From Dimorphilus gyrociliatus (Eukaryota > Animalia > Annelida): a stretch of DNA of 64,000 nucleotides. Position numbers and translations under genes: made by a program. The notes beneath the pieces are model-generated. The model made no database searches. It had not been told where the DNA came from and saw only the letters and a program-made list of their open reading frames with translations. Every line of letters begins with the position of its first letter. The first letter of the stretch is position 1. The stretch covers positions 356,623-420,622 of the forward strand of contig CAJFCJ010000013.1 of assembly GCA_904063045.1 (NCBI GenBank), given 5' to 3'. Below are positions 51,582 through 64,000 of this stretch, piece after piece.

Positions 51582-52610
51582 CTACCGATTCAACGGCAAC
51601 GTCAACATTTTGGACGAATACTATTTATCCATTTTCAAACCGAACCATTCACATTCTTCCTAAGGATTATCTCTTCGAACTACTTTTTTTGACCGTAAAA
51701 TTATTACGCCGGCGGGAAGAGCGCCTTCTATCGATTCCCCGGAAGCGCTCTCTGTAGGGTGAAAAAATTATCTCCACACTTTTCATCTATGTTTTGAATT
51801 ATCACTTAACTTGAAAAGGTATTGAAAGAGACTAAATCATTCACATAGGCCGAAAAGGAATGCGTTCCAAAGAAATAAGAACCCTAAAAATGCGTATTCG
51901 CTGCCAATTTATGATTGTTACATTTTGCTATTAAAGTATTTTATTTACAATTGTAACGTTTTCAATAGAAGAATGCAAATTAGTAAAATGATATTGATAA
52001 AAAAGATATTTATAGAAGTGTTATCAACGATGAATAACCTGTAAAAAATCTATAGATTTAGTAAACCTCTCGCTCGAAGTAATCCGCTTACATTCTCAAG
52101 TAAGTTTGTCTGTTTTTAAGGTGAATCAGATGTGATAAACAACTATAATTCATAACTGCTAAAAAGTTAAGTTGATTAAAGTTATTTTGATAAAGGAAGT
52201 GATAAAATTTGGAATGTTCGTCTTGTCGTAAAAAGAATTCTTAAGGCATTCATTTTGTGGAACTGACTTCGAATTATCAAGAGGTCATAGGAGAATTGTA
52301 AGATTGCTTTTTGAGAATTTTAATTAATAAAATTTACGATTATTAATTTTGTAGATAAAAGTAAATGATTATAATGGAGTTAAATTATCTTTTAGTATTT
52401 TGTAAAACATTTATATTGGTCAGTGCAATATCAGTGTTGTAAAGTTGTTAGAATGATAATAATTATCTTTGGATGCAAGAAAATAGTTCTTTCGTATCGG
52501 TTAAAAAATTAGTTTGCTTAGTAAATTTGATTATTGTTTTTTTCTCTCAATTAAATAGGAAATATATAAAACTATTTTATCGAATACGAAAATAAAGTTT
52601 TATTATTCAG

Positions 52611-52653
52611 CCAATCACGCTCTCCTTTAGCAGCACTAACCTTCACCCCGCCC
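52611..52653 (+). promoter_or_regulatory. CCAAT box and GC box upstream of PACSIN
   Basis: AGCCAATCA around 52611-52615 and CCCCGCCC 52646-52653. A further donor-like CAA/GTAAGT at 52100 suggests a more upstream 5' UTR exon. Confidence 0.35.
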
Positions 52654-52900
52654 ATTTATATTTTCCTCTCATATCAACATTTGTTTGCCAGTAGTCTTCG
52701 TATGTTTTCAACCTTTTTATACAGATGTTTATATTGTTAAAAATCAGATTGTTTTTTATGCTCGTTAATCAAAATTAATGAGTCAGCATTTAAGTTCGAA
52801 TGACTTTTTTACCCAATCTCGACCTGAATTTTTGCATATTATTAAGGTGTTATAAATGTTACAGGTTTGTAGGTGCTGGCGTAGATCAACTCCTCGCATA

Positions 52901-55633
52901 ATGTCGGTGAGTGAAGATATATCGAATACAGGAGCGTCAACTGGCGACAGCTTTTGGGAATTAGATAGGTATAAAAGAACGGTTAAACGTTTAGAGGATG
53001 GTCATAAATTGTGTTCAGAAATGATGCAAATGTTACATGAGAGGGCTGAATTAGAGAAGAACTATTCCAAGTCATTGCGCACTTGGGCCTCGAAGTGGGA
53101 GGATACTGTAAGAAAAGGTCCTGAATATGGAACAACAGAAGAAGCTTGTGTAGGTCTATTTAGAGAAGCTGAAAGCATTGCCGAATTGCACACGGAAGTG
53201 AAAGATAAATTAATATCGGTGGTTCAAACTCAAATAAAAGCTTGGCGAGATGAACATTATAAAAAACCATTAGTTGGTCAGTGTAAGCAAACGAAAGGAC
53301 TGGAAGATTCATTTCGTAAAGCTCAAAAACCATGGGCAAAATTTTTAACGAAGGTTCTTAAGACGAAGAAAGACTATCATACTGCATATAAAACATTCAA
53401 CAGTGCTGAAAATAGTTTGAATAATGCACAAGCTGATAGCTCATTGTCAGATGATCATAAAAGGAAGTTATCAGACAAGGTAGAAAAGTCTCGAAGAGAA
53501 GTGGATTCCAATAGAGAAAAGTACGAAGCGGCCCTAAGAGAGTTGAATGGTTATACATCGAGATATATCGAAGATATGACAGGGGTTTTCGATAGCGCTC
53601 AGAGGGAGGAAAAAGAACGCTTGGATTTTGTCAGGCGTGCATTAGAAGAAACACGAAATTGTCTTAATCTTAGTGATAACGATAACTATCATAATACCTA
53701 TGAAATGTTGGCCAGTACTATTGAGGCAGCTGATTCAGAAAAAGATCTTAAATGGTGGTCACAATATCATGGGGTAGATATGGCAATGAATTGGCCTCAA
53801 TTTGAGGAGTACTCTCCCGACATGCATTCTATTTCACGTAAAGACAAGAAAAGTGTTATCTCCGGCTCTGATGGAATTACCATAACTAGCATAAAACCTG
53901 CTCAGAATAATACAGAATACCAGACTCAAACTTCGATACCCGAACAGTCGACGCCGGCACATACTATTCAAAACCAACCACCTCCAGCACCACCCCAACA
54001 GCAGCAGCCGCCTCAACAACAGCAAGTACAGCCTCCTCCCACACAGGGTACACCTTTCGAGTAAGAATTTATTTATCTTAACAATAGAGATCTAAGAGTT
54101 TAAAACAAATAGTTTAAATTTTAAAACAATTTATAACGTTTAATATGAAAGAAAAAATAAGTTCATTCTTATCTAGAATGTGATAGCGCGACATTTTATA
54201 GGCTAGCAGATAAAAACTTTAAGTATTTCCAGCAATGATGACGACTATGATGATGATTTGAATCCATTCGCCGCTGACGTAAGAACCGATAATGATTGGT
54301 TTGTGTATTTAGCATGTTGGCTTAAAATCTCTCTTATCCGACAAAAAAACTTATATAAAAAAAAACAAACGCTTCTATATACTGTATCTGGCGAACAAAT
54401 CCCACTTTTTTTTGATTTTGGCGTCTGTACACCCACATATCATAAGGCGAAATTTTTTTTCTAACGGCATGAATGCATTATTACTATTTCTCCTCAACGC
54501 TCTATTAAAATCATTATTAAACGATATATCCGCTTCTTCTTTCCTTCTATCTCCCATCAAACCTCCCCGTATTGACTTTTCTTTTTTAAAATAAAGAAAA
54601 GTGATGTGTTGAATGCAATTTAATCAAACAACATAACAACAGTTTTTTTTTATATATTATTACTATTATTACTATTATTATTACTAGTAGTATTATTATT
54701 TTATTAATAATATTCGCTTATAACAGTAAATAATATAATATTTCACCAACGTACGAGGCACTCGCTTTGAATTTGGTTTGTCCTTAAAAAAAACGAGAGG
54801 AAACGTATTCTTTTTCTATTTTTAACAAAAAGGAAAAAAAGAGGAAGAGGGAGAAAGAATTTTTCTTATAAGCTGATATTAAGGGGGAAAGGAAAAGTAA
54901 TTTGTTAGTCTTAGTGTGTAACAATTTACGTTCGAGTACGAGACGCGAGTATTTATTTATTGATTATCGACTTTAAGTTCTCTTTTTGGAATTTTAATAG
55001 GAGAAGTAATAAAATTAACGAACATTCTTAGCCAGTGCCTTCGTTTTGTGTGTGTATCTTTCTCTGTTTCATTACAAAAGTAATTCTATTTAAATTTACT
55101 TATTAATTTTAACTAATAGAGATTTTTTTTTTATTTTTTGCTCTTCTCGCTCTCTCTCTCTCTCTCTCGACTCTCCAGTAGCAATGAAGAAACTTGGTCG
55201 TCGCATAATGGAACATCGAACGAGAAGGGTGTTAAAGTAAGGGCTCTGTATGATTATGCTGCTGCTGAAAGCGACGAGATATCCTTCAAAGTTAATGATA
55301 TTTTCATTAAATTGGAAGATCAGGACGATCAAGGATGGTGTAAGGGGCTGAAGGATGGAGTAAGTTTGTAAAGATAATATTTAAAAAAGAGAGAGTAATA
55401 TATGCTGTGTATATAGATAACTTTATCTATATTTATTAACAATTTTTGTACTTTTTTTCCAACCTATTCTATATACATGCATATTTATATAGATATATAT
55501 ATATATATTTTAATGTATATATACAGTATATATTTACATTTTATTCTCTATTTGATCACTATTCCTATCTATCTGTTTTTTTTTTCAAAAGGTTTCTGGC
55601 TTGTATCCGGCTGGTTACGCATCTGAAATCTAA
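52901..55633 (+). CDS. PACSIN: PACSIN/syndapin (F-BAR, NPF, SH3)
   Basis: [73 protein letters not shown]; NPF in exon 54234-54288; SH3 [25 protein letters not shown] / [12 protein letters not shown] at 52901. Confidence 0.96.
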
Positions 55634-57274
55634 AACAAAACAAAACAAAAAACTTAGTTATGCGAAAACACTTGCAAAACAAAGCAGATGTGTATATTTT
55701 TGATTAGCAACGAATATCAATTGGTTTGAAAAAGCAATTTAAAATCTCTTTTGGAAGATATTGAAAATTGTAAAAAAAAAAAAAGTTATTTAAAAGATAC
55801 AACTATCAACTTTTTTTTATTATTCCATAATTCCATAGACTAAAAAAGTTGAAAGAAAAAAGGCAAAGATATTTTGTTGTTTTATAGAAGTAGATTTATT
55901 ACTGCAAATTAAAATAGTTATGTAAAAAAAAGATAAAAAACGAAAGAAACAACAAAAACACGTTCGGTTAGAGGTGTTTATATGTTATTCAATAAATAAG
56001 ATGGCACTGCATAGCATGACTTCATTTTCGGTGTAAATATAACTTCATTAATATTTAACTATCATTTCTTTTTTAATACTATTATTTTTCTTTCTGTGTG
56101 CTTACTTAAAAAGTTAATCAAGAACTTTACAATAATAATTTTGATTGCTATGTAAAGGGTTATATGTATAATTATATATCTATTTAAGATATATGTACAT
56201 ATAAGAGATATTTATTTTTTAAACGAAAAAAGTCTTGATTAAATCGTTACTATTCTATAATTGACATATTCCTCTATTGATATTTACCAAAAGATCATAT
56301 TGGTACCTATACTCGAAATGTTCTAATTTTGCCAAATAAGAAAGTTTTTGTGCGATAACCTGATGTGAATTGTTTACTTATGCTAATGTACGTTTTTTAG
56401 ACGTGGTTAAATTTTCGTTCAATCTTGATTTTTGTTTGATAAAAGTTAGATTATGCCATGTCAACGACAGATGGCGTTTTCTTTATTTCATTATAAAAAA
56501 AAATTTGTTTTATTTTTAGTTTTATGCCATAACCTTGTCCCTTATTATTGATATAGGGGCTGAAACGCTCGTTTATTTAGATTATATTAAAAATTCTTTT
56601 GCATTTTATCGCGTTTACACTGGATTCTACATAAAAAAAAAAGAAAAATAAGGAGGGGGCAGCGAAAGAGTGTTTCCTCCTTGGCATTTTACGCATGATG
56701 AGCCACATCCATCTCTCCTTTCTAGTAGAAATTTCTTTCTTTACTGTCAGAGACCTTTACTGATTTTTATGCATAATCTTTCAGATAGGTTTCCTTAAGA
56801 TTGGGGTAATAAATCCTTCTTTACAAGTAATCGTATAAGGGATTTAGGAGTTATCTTGATAAATTTTTCAATACTTTCTCTAATAAATTTGTGTATAATA
56901 AAATTTTATTAACACTAACAATTCTTTTTTTAGTGATTTACTCGACCATTATAGGCTTATAAGTTCGAAATATGCATTTTTCTTTATGACCCCCTATTAA
57001 TATGTTGTAATTGAATAAAAAATTGTTATTTTTATACTTTATTGCCTCAAGTAGAATGCTTAAAAGTAGTTTAACAGAACAGGAGTACCGTTAGCATAAA
57101 ACAAAAGGCCTATTATATGGAAAAAATCTTTCCTAATAATAACAATATTTGTCCAATAAAGAAGACTTTTATTTGCATATTTAATTTTTCTGTTTCAAGT
57201 ATTTATTATTTTATATACTGTATATATACAATATACAAAGTGTATTTGCGGTATACATAGTATATTTTTCATTC

Positions 57275-57282
<8 letters not shown>

Positions 57283-57360
<78 letters not shown>
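57283..57360. repeat. Compound (CT)n/(GA)n microsatellite
   Basis: Directly visible; it generates the ERERER ORFs in the track. Confidence 0.9.
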
Positions 57361-59099
57361 AAGGAAGAAAAATGCGAAAGATATGCTAATCTTTCTTTTT
57401 TCTCCTTCAATCTCTTCACGTGAGTGATTTCTAGCCAATTTCTTGTCTTATTTAAGCGTTTGTAATGTAATACAAGAACAAGATTATCATATTAAGATGT
57501 GTACTTAATAAAGAGCATGTCTTATATTTGGGGAAAAAAAAGAGAACACTCACTTCAAACATAGGATTAATTAAGGAAAATTAAAAATCTCCATACTAAG
57601 ACTGCTGCCCTAATTAGTTATGTTGAATAGTTAAATTCGTATTTTATTTATAATTATTTATTATTTAAACTTCATTGTTTTATTAGATTTAGAGTTTATT
57701 GATTGGAAAATGGAGGGAAATAGTCAAACGTATAATTAGAAATCTATTCAGGTCAATGATTGGAAGATATATGAGGAAATAAGAAAAACATAATCAATAT
57801 AGTAAATCAGGAAAGAAAAACATTGTCACCGGTATTTTAATGGTTTTCCTTCATTATTCTTCATTTCCAGCGGCTAGTCTATGGGCAAAAAGAATATCAG
57901 GAAAAAAGTAGTCGAATGTACAAATATTAACGTCCCCGGAGGTTCATTATGGAATCAACTTCAAATGAACATTCTGATGTGAAAACGGAAAAAGTTATTG
58001 TTCAATCAGTCAATCGGTATGATTGTCTTTATTTGTTAAATATATCTTATTACTTCTTCACTTAATTAAGACAATTTTCTTTGAGAAGAGGGATAGGGAG
58101 GATTTTTTTCTAACTGGGACAAACTCTCCTTTTAAATATTTTCAAGATGTATTATACTTGATTCGTGCCTGTCGTGATCGATAAGTTTTCTATAGAGTGA
58201 GTAGTTTTCTTTTTAAAAAAAAAAGACAAAACTATATTTCTTTATTTTTTTTCTATAAACAGGAATATAAACAGGAAGAAACATCCTGTCCCCAGTTAAT
58301 ATCAAAAAATACAATATGAATGTTTCGTAAAAGAACGAATGTTTCATTTTCGAAATGTAATTCAATTAAAATCAAACACTGTATTAATATTCGATTTCTA
58401 TTTATCATAAAAGCTATTATTAGTAGTATATAAACTGTATATCAAGGTATTAGTATTTATGTCAAAAAATTGATTTCATTCTCAATAAATGAACTTATAT
58501 TTGTCCCGCAGATGGCGGTATATAAAAGAACGTAGCGCTTGTCTAAAAATCTACATGGTTCACAATGGATCGTTGGTTCCAAGTTTATATAAAGATCATC
58601 TTCGCACTCAGTAAAATATTTATCTAGTCACCCTGCGAACAATAGTATTACGAACTGCGTAAGGAATAAGATTGCCTAGTAATTTTAGCATTCGAGTACA
58701 TAATAAATAGCTATAACAGGGATATTTTTATATGTGTAATATTTCAATTTAGGCTGAATTTAGACCATGTAAAAATACGAAATAAACAATGGATTAATTA
58801 GTTTGCGCACTCTAGCCATTTCTTTTTGACAATTGCATTCCTGTGTAGCTGGCTGGCTTGCTTACTCTCACTCTCCTATCTTCCCTCTCAGTTAGTCTCT
58901 CTCTCTCTCTCTCTCTCTCTCGCCATTGAACTGCCGACTCTTGATATCATCACCATCATCGCCCTCATTGTCTCTCTCTCTCATTATCTCTGCTACTCTC
59001 TCTCTCTCTCTCTCTCTCTCTTGTTTCATCTTCGATTAGCTTGCTTTAAACTTTTTCAAACAAACGCCAAAAGTTGTAAGATTTTAGAGAACAAGAAAG

Positions 59100-59630
59100 A
59101 TGGCAAAAGATTTAGAAAACTCTGATTATGAATTTTCACCAGCCGCTTTAACTTTCAATAGACGAATGTTTAAAAAACATAGATTAGAAGCAATTTTTGA
59201 TAGGGATTTTGTTTATAGTTTGCCAGCTTATTACTCAATTCAAGAGGAACTTACCACTACAGATGGTATCAGTTATAATCTCTTTTGTCGTATTCTTGAT
59301 TATTTAATTAAATCTGGAGAGTTACTTCAACGCTTTCTTGTTCAAATATCTCATAGTTTGGATCGATTTGAAATGGATATTGCCAAACTCTGCATGGATA
59401 GAATAGAGAATCGTCTAACTGGGTTAAGTCAGCAGATAACTTACAGACTCTCTCCTGAACAGACAGTAAGAAATAATCCTTTAATTCCTCTCTCCCCAGT
59501 CCTATAACCATATTATACAAACCTTTTTAGCAAATCTTTTCATTTTCTATGAAATCCGCAGAGAATCTTCCTAGAAAAAGCACACGACGATGGAATAGAC
59601 GCCAACCCTAATATGACGTTCTACTCTTGA
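59100..59630 (+). CDS. Unrecognised small helical protein, 144 aa, at least 2 exons
   Basis: Exon 59100-59465 (donor GTAAGA) joins 59562-59630 in phase 0 (..SPEQT/RIFLEKAHDDGIDANPNMTFYS*). A candidate upstream exon (57871-58017, donor CG/GTATGA) may extend the 5' end. Confidence 0.65.
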
Positions 59631-60471
59631 GGAAAACGAAAAGGAAAAGAGTAAGAGGGAGAGAGACAGAATGAAGAAGTTTACGACTGCTCTCTATTGA
59701 AGAAAGAAGAGATAATTTAGAAAGGAAAAAACATAGTTAATCATATAAATTTGAAATGATAATTTTAATAAATCTATAATATAGAATTCCTACTATATTC
59801 CGTGCCTTTTATCCTCTTTTATCATTTGATATTGTCCGTTTAACATTACAATTTAAATTGTTGCTAGTATAACGTTTCTATTGATTTAGCATCACTACTC
59901 CTAACAAATCGTTAATGATATTTTATTAGTATGTTACTGCAACTATTTTATACTCTATTCATTATTTCTTATAAACTCTTCATTCTCTTCTATTGAATAA
60001 TGATTTCTATTTTTATTCCCTCTTGTTTTCTTTCTAACAATAGACAATTAAAGGTATAAATTACGTTCCTATACACATCCGTTAGTATGTATTAGAAAGA
60101 AGCTAGTATATGTACTTTAATGTTCATCAAGAAAGGAAGAAGAAGAGAGGATATATATATATATATATATATATATACTGTATATAGTATATATGCTGTA
60201 TATATGGAAAATAAAGGACAATATTCAGTATAAGCTACCCTTTGTTTAGGTTATTTATTAACTCGAAGAAAAGTAGCGATAAATATGTCTCTTTTTCTAT
60301 TAAAGGTAGGCTAATTTCTAGAATAAAAAATGGAAGAGGATGTAACACATAAATTTCGATTTAGTTAATAAGCTTAGGTCGTAGTTTTCTTGAATTTAGT
60401 TAAGATTAATGATTATATATCGATTTCTATGGTTTAGAACTGATGATTATAATGCTTTTTAAAGTATTAAA

Positions 60472-60513
<42 letters not shown>

Positions 60514-62149
60514 GTCTTTATTCTCTTTCTATTTTTTCTATATTATCATCGATCATTAGTTAAAATCCACCATTTTTAACTAGATATAATAATTAATAAT
60601 AAATTAATTGATTATATTTCAAATGACCTTGACAAATCAAGCATACAGGGAATTTTTCTATTAAATAAAAATTCCTAAACTATTGGTTAATTCATTCTTA
60701 TTTAGAATTCATTCTATTCATTAATTGATTCATTATTAAAATTTATCATTGAAAACCGAAAAAGTAGACGCTTTAGAAAGATAAGAGAGAGAGAAAGAGA
60801 GAAAGGGAGGGATAGGGGGAGGGGGAGGAGGGACTGGTAGAGAGAATGAAAAAGTAAAAAATGATAGAAAGAAAGAGCAAGAGAAGGAAAATAAAGATAT
60901 TTTTGTAATTCGTTAAAAAAATATAGCCCGAGGATAATTCTACTTGCTAAGACTAGTAGATAATAGAGTAATTTTTCGATAATTCAGGCATAATCAAACG
61001 GGAGAGATATTTTATCTTATTATCTATTATTACTTATTACTATTATATTATTATTTACATTGATAAGTTTAAGTTTTTTTTTTTGAAAGGTTTAAAAACC
61101 TATTCAAGCAGAATAGTTAAGATGAAATAAGAGAGAAAGGAAAGAGTGATAAAAGAGTGAAATCCTTCACATTAATACATAACTATTTGATAGTTGTTTT
61201 TATATAATCCGATAAATACTCTCTATCACCGGAAATCTAAAAAAAAGTATAGAATCCTATAGATGTCGCTTTTTACAAAAATTTCTCTATTTTTGCTGAT
61301 ATTTTATTTACATTGTATAGCTTATATCTTAGATATTTCTTTAAAACATTAGGCCTATAATTAAAAACGAAAAATTAGAGAAAGAGATATAATTATCAAG
61401 GATTAACAAAGTTTTTTTTTCTATTCTTTTCGAGGGGAAAGGCGTAACCCTTTTCTAGTATTTCTTCTATTTCCAAATTAATCAAATTTGACAAAAAGGC
61501 CCTTATTCTAAAAAGTTTTTTCTCCTTCTCTTTTCTCTCTTCTCTCGTTCAATATTCATTTTTGACTAAATTAACATATATAATTAATATATATATAAGT
61601 TTTTTTTAAAGTAATTATTACTTTTCATTCTTTTAAATATTATCTCTTTTCTTAAGAAGAAAAACATAAAAAAGGAACGAAGAAGTAACATATAATTATG
61701 AAATTTCATAAAGCTGTCATAGTACGAATGACGGTTAAGAGTCGCCACCATAGTCGCTCCTTTGATATATTTTCAATGGACTAATCCCCTTTCTAAATCA
61801 TAGACCGTTCAGTTGATTGTGTATTTGCATACTTGAACTTTTGAGTAATTCGTTAAACGATTAAGACTTGTTTCTAGAAACCAGTTTTTATATTATTATT
61901 ATTGCGATTTTCCTCTTATTTACGTAAGAATAACTGTTAAGTGTTTAAGAGAGAGAAAGGCACTAGAAGGAGAAGGAGAGTTAGTCGAAGCAGAAGACCG
62001 AAGACGAAAAAGTAACAGATTTATGAGAGATCGTGTATTTTCTCTATAGTATACCTCTTAAAGAGAAGATAAATATTTGTTGGACTCTTCGTATTAAGAA
62101 TTATCCTTTCTTCTCGAGTTTTAAGAATCGTTTTTGACAACTTAAAAAC

Positions 62150-63563
62150 ATGACGTACAACAGGAGTTTGGCGAGAGTCAAAGTGAAGAATCGGATTTCT
62201 GATATGACCTTATCAAGAGTTATTGAGAGAATTGAAGAGGATCGCCTTATTAGAATCGCTCATTTAGATCACGACAGATTGGATGTTCACGATTTCCTCA
62301 AGGAGATCAACTATTGTAAATCGGATGATCTTCCAGAGTCAAAAATGTAATTTCATAACGATTTATCTCCTCTATCCGTTCCATAATTTTGTATTACCTT
62401 TCCTTTACAGATGGCTGGGCGATAGAGTTGAAGCCCTTGAGAGGAGGATGCAGAGGCGACGGAATGCCGAACGTGACGTTCTTACGGCACCTCCGGGTAG
62501 GGTGAATAACTCAGTCATATCAGTAATCGCTAAACCAGAGCCGGTAAGAGGTAAAACTGCACCCGAACCGACAAGAAATCTACCTTACGTTGAAAGAAAA
62601 ACTGCTAGGACAGCGAGAAGTCCTAATGTCCTTAAATTGTCCGATAAGAGACCAGTAACAAAGCATACAGTGGAAAAACGCCAAGAAACGAAGCGAAATA
62701 ACTTTATTAACGTTGATGATTATCAGAACGAAAATGATGTGGATACGGAGGAAATACTAGCAGATGTAAGGGATGAAATTGAGCTTGTTGCAGAGGAGAA
62801 TAAGCCCAAATCCATTTTACTCCCGAGTATATTAAATAAGCATTCGGATGATATTAGTCGACCCCCGTCCGTTGTTTCATTTACCGACAAACCTACAAGA
62901 GTCGTTTATACAGCAGTTGTTCATGCTAGTCACGAAGATGATACTGGAAATTTTTCACAATACTACAATGATGAAGACAATACAGAAGATGACGAAAATT
63001 CAGATCAACAAGAGATAAAAGAAAAGGGAGCGAAAGAGCAGACAAAGAGTAAATTGAGAAAGGTGTCAACCACCTCCTCCAGAAAGTTGAAAACTGGAAA
63101 ACTAAAGAAAAAGCCTACGCCTAAACCGAAGAAAATAGAGAAAAAGAAAGAGCCCGAAGAAGTTGTATTGCTGCCAAGTACACCATCTAAGAGTCTTATT
63201 ATACGAACTCCAACAGCTAACTCAATGGTTAGGACTAGGCAGCCACTTGTTAGATCGGCTATAAAACGAGAGACGTTGACGCCCAGCCGTGTTTCCATAA
63301 CAACAGAGGACAGAAACGCTTTTGTTATGCGTCAAATTTTAACCGAAAATTCACACATGCATAGAAGATCAGCTAAAAAATCAAAGCAACCTTTAAGTCA
63401 AAGAATAAATGACTTTTATGAAAAAATTGATAAACTTCGACAAGAAGTCGACACCGCCGCCAATTGGATGCCCACACCAAAAAAGACTAAGAACCTAACA
63501 AAACGCAATACGCTGAGAACTGGCGGTTTAAGGGCCGCTCTCCAATTAGACATTGACGATTAA
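62150..63563 (+). CDS. Unrecognised 449-aa protein with a helical N-terminal region and a long charged, low-complexity region, 2 exons
   Basis: Exon 62150-62346 (AT/GTAATT) joins 62411-63563 in phase 2; the long open frame has coding-like composition. Confidence 0.8.
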
Positions 63564-63914
63564 GGATAATAAAATAACTCTCCTCCTTTTTTCTTCCTCT
63601 ATCTCCTCCCAATATCAAGGTATAGGCCTACTCTTTACATATACTGTATATCGACAAAATATAAATGTTACATGTAAAAAAAAACCAGTTTTCTCTTTAG
63701 TTGTGCTTATATGCATAGTATATTCCGTTATAAAATTGATCTTATATACGACATTAACTAACGAAACAATGGGCGGTGAAAATGAATTGACGTTTCTCTA
63801 TTCATAAAATGTATTGAACGTGAAAGAGAGACGTCAATAAGTAACGGACAAAATTTTTTCTACTTTATTCAGTCGATATGAATTGTCAAGATGACGCTGA
63901 GTTAACTAGAATTT

Positions 63915-64000
63915 TATTCGATTTATGTCAACACCAAGATTTCAGTTCGCAAACTTTAATGCCTGATTTTCAAATGCCAAACAAAAAGCCACTTGCCGTT
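63915..64000 (-). CDS. Possible 3' end of a minus-strand gene entering from beyond the window
   Basis: Open frame RQVAFCLAFENQALKFAN* followed about 25 nt later by AATAAA on the minus strand. Weak. Confidence 0.2.

Noticed and set aside
56695-56763. C/D-box snoRNA (ATGATGA..CTGA)
   Set aside because: No terminal stem, no recognisable rRNA-complementary guide, and not inside a host intron.
57195-57438. Low-complexity ORFs (ERERER, SLSLSL, YIYIYI; also 7709-7998, 13483-13719, 18313-18551, 21546-21925, 23479-23878, 58826-59125)
   Set aside because: Translations of microsatellites and purine/pyrimidine tracts.
1-64000. CRISPR arrays, rRNA, tRNA, intact transposases or reverse transcriptases
   Set aside because: No repeat-spacer periodicity, cloverleaf with A/B boxes, rRNA-like tract or DDE/RT motif was seen.

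Overview
Eukaryotic (animal) genomic DNA, AT-rich and gene-dense, with mostly 50-100 nt GT-AG introns and many (TA)n and (CT)n/(GA)n microsatellites. It looks like a compact lophotrochozoan genome; the miniature annelid Dimorphilus would fit, but this is inference only. Spliced models built by hand give, in order: a ~27-exon aldehyde-oxidase-type molybdo-flavoenzyme with an extra N-terminal CxxC-CxxC extension; Musashi with long introns and a long AU-rich 3' region; a possible hidden small-exon secreted protein; a head-to-head pair of divergent FABP-like genes (the minus-strand one is absent from the ORF track); an MS4A/CD20-like tetraspan protein; an intronless peptide-type GPCR; a type II (alternative) NADH dehydrogenase; a Castor-type zinc-finger protein; a small secreted orphan; pelota head-to-head with a single-PDZ NHERF; a Rev-erb/E75-like nuclear receptor that appears to lack both heme ligands; TMEM132 head-to-head with PACSIN; and two unrecognised proteins. 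I found no rRNA, tRNA, CRISPR array or intact transposon. Non-coding DNA carries three over-represented motifs: TATACWGTATA (11 copies, matching the Tc1/Sleeping Beauty excision footprint), TAGGCCTA (7 copies) and a CTCF/YY1-like AGATGGCG core (7 non-coding copies). All gene models are manual and need RNA-seq confirmation.
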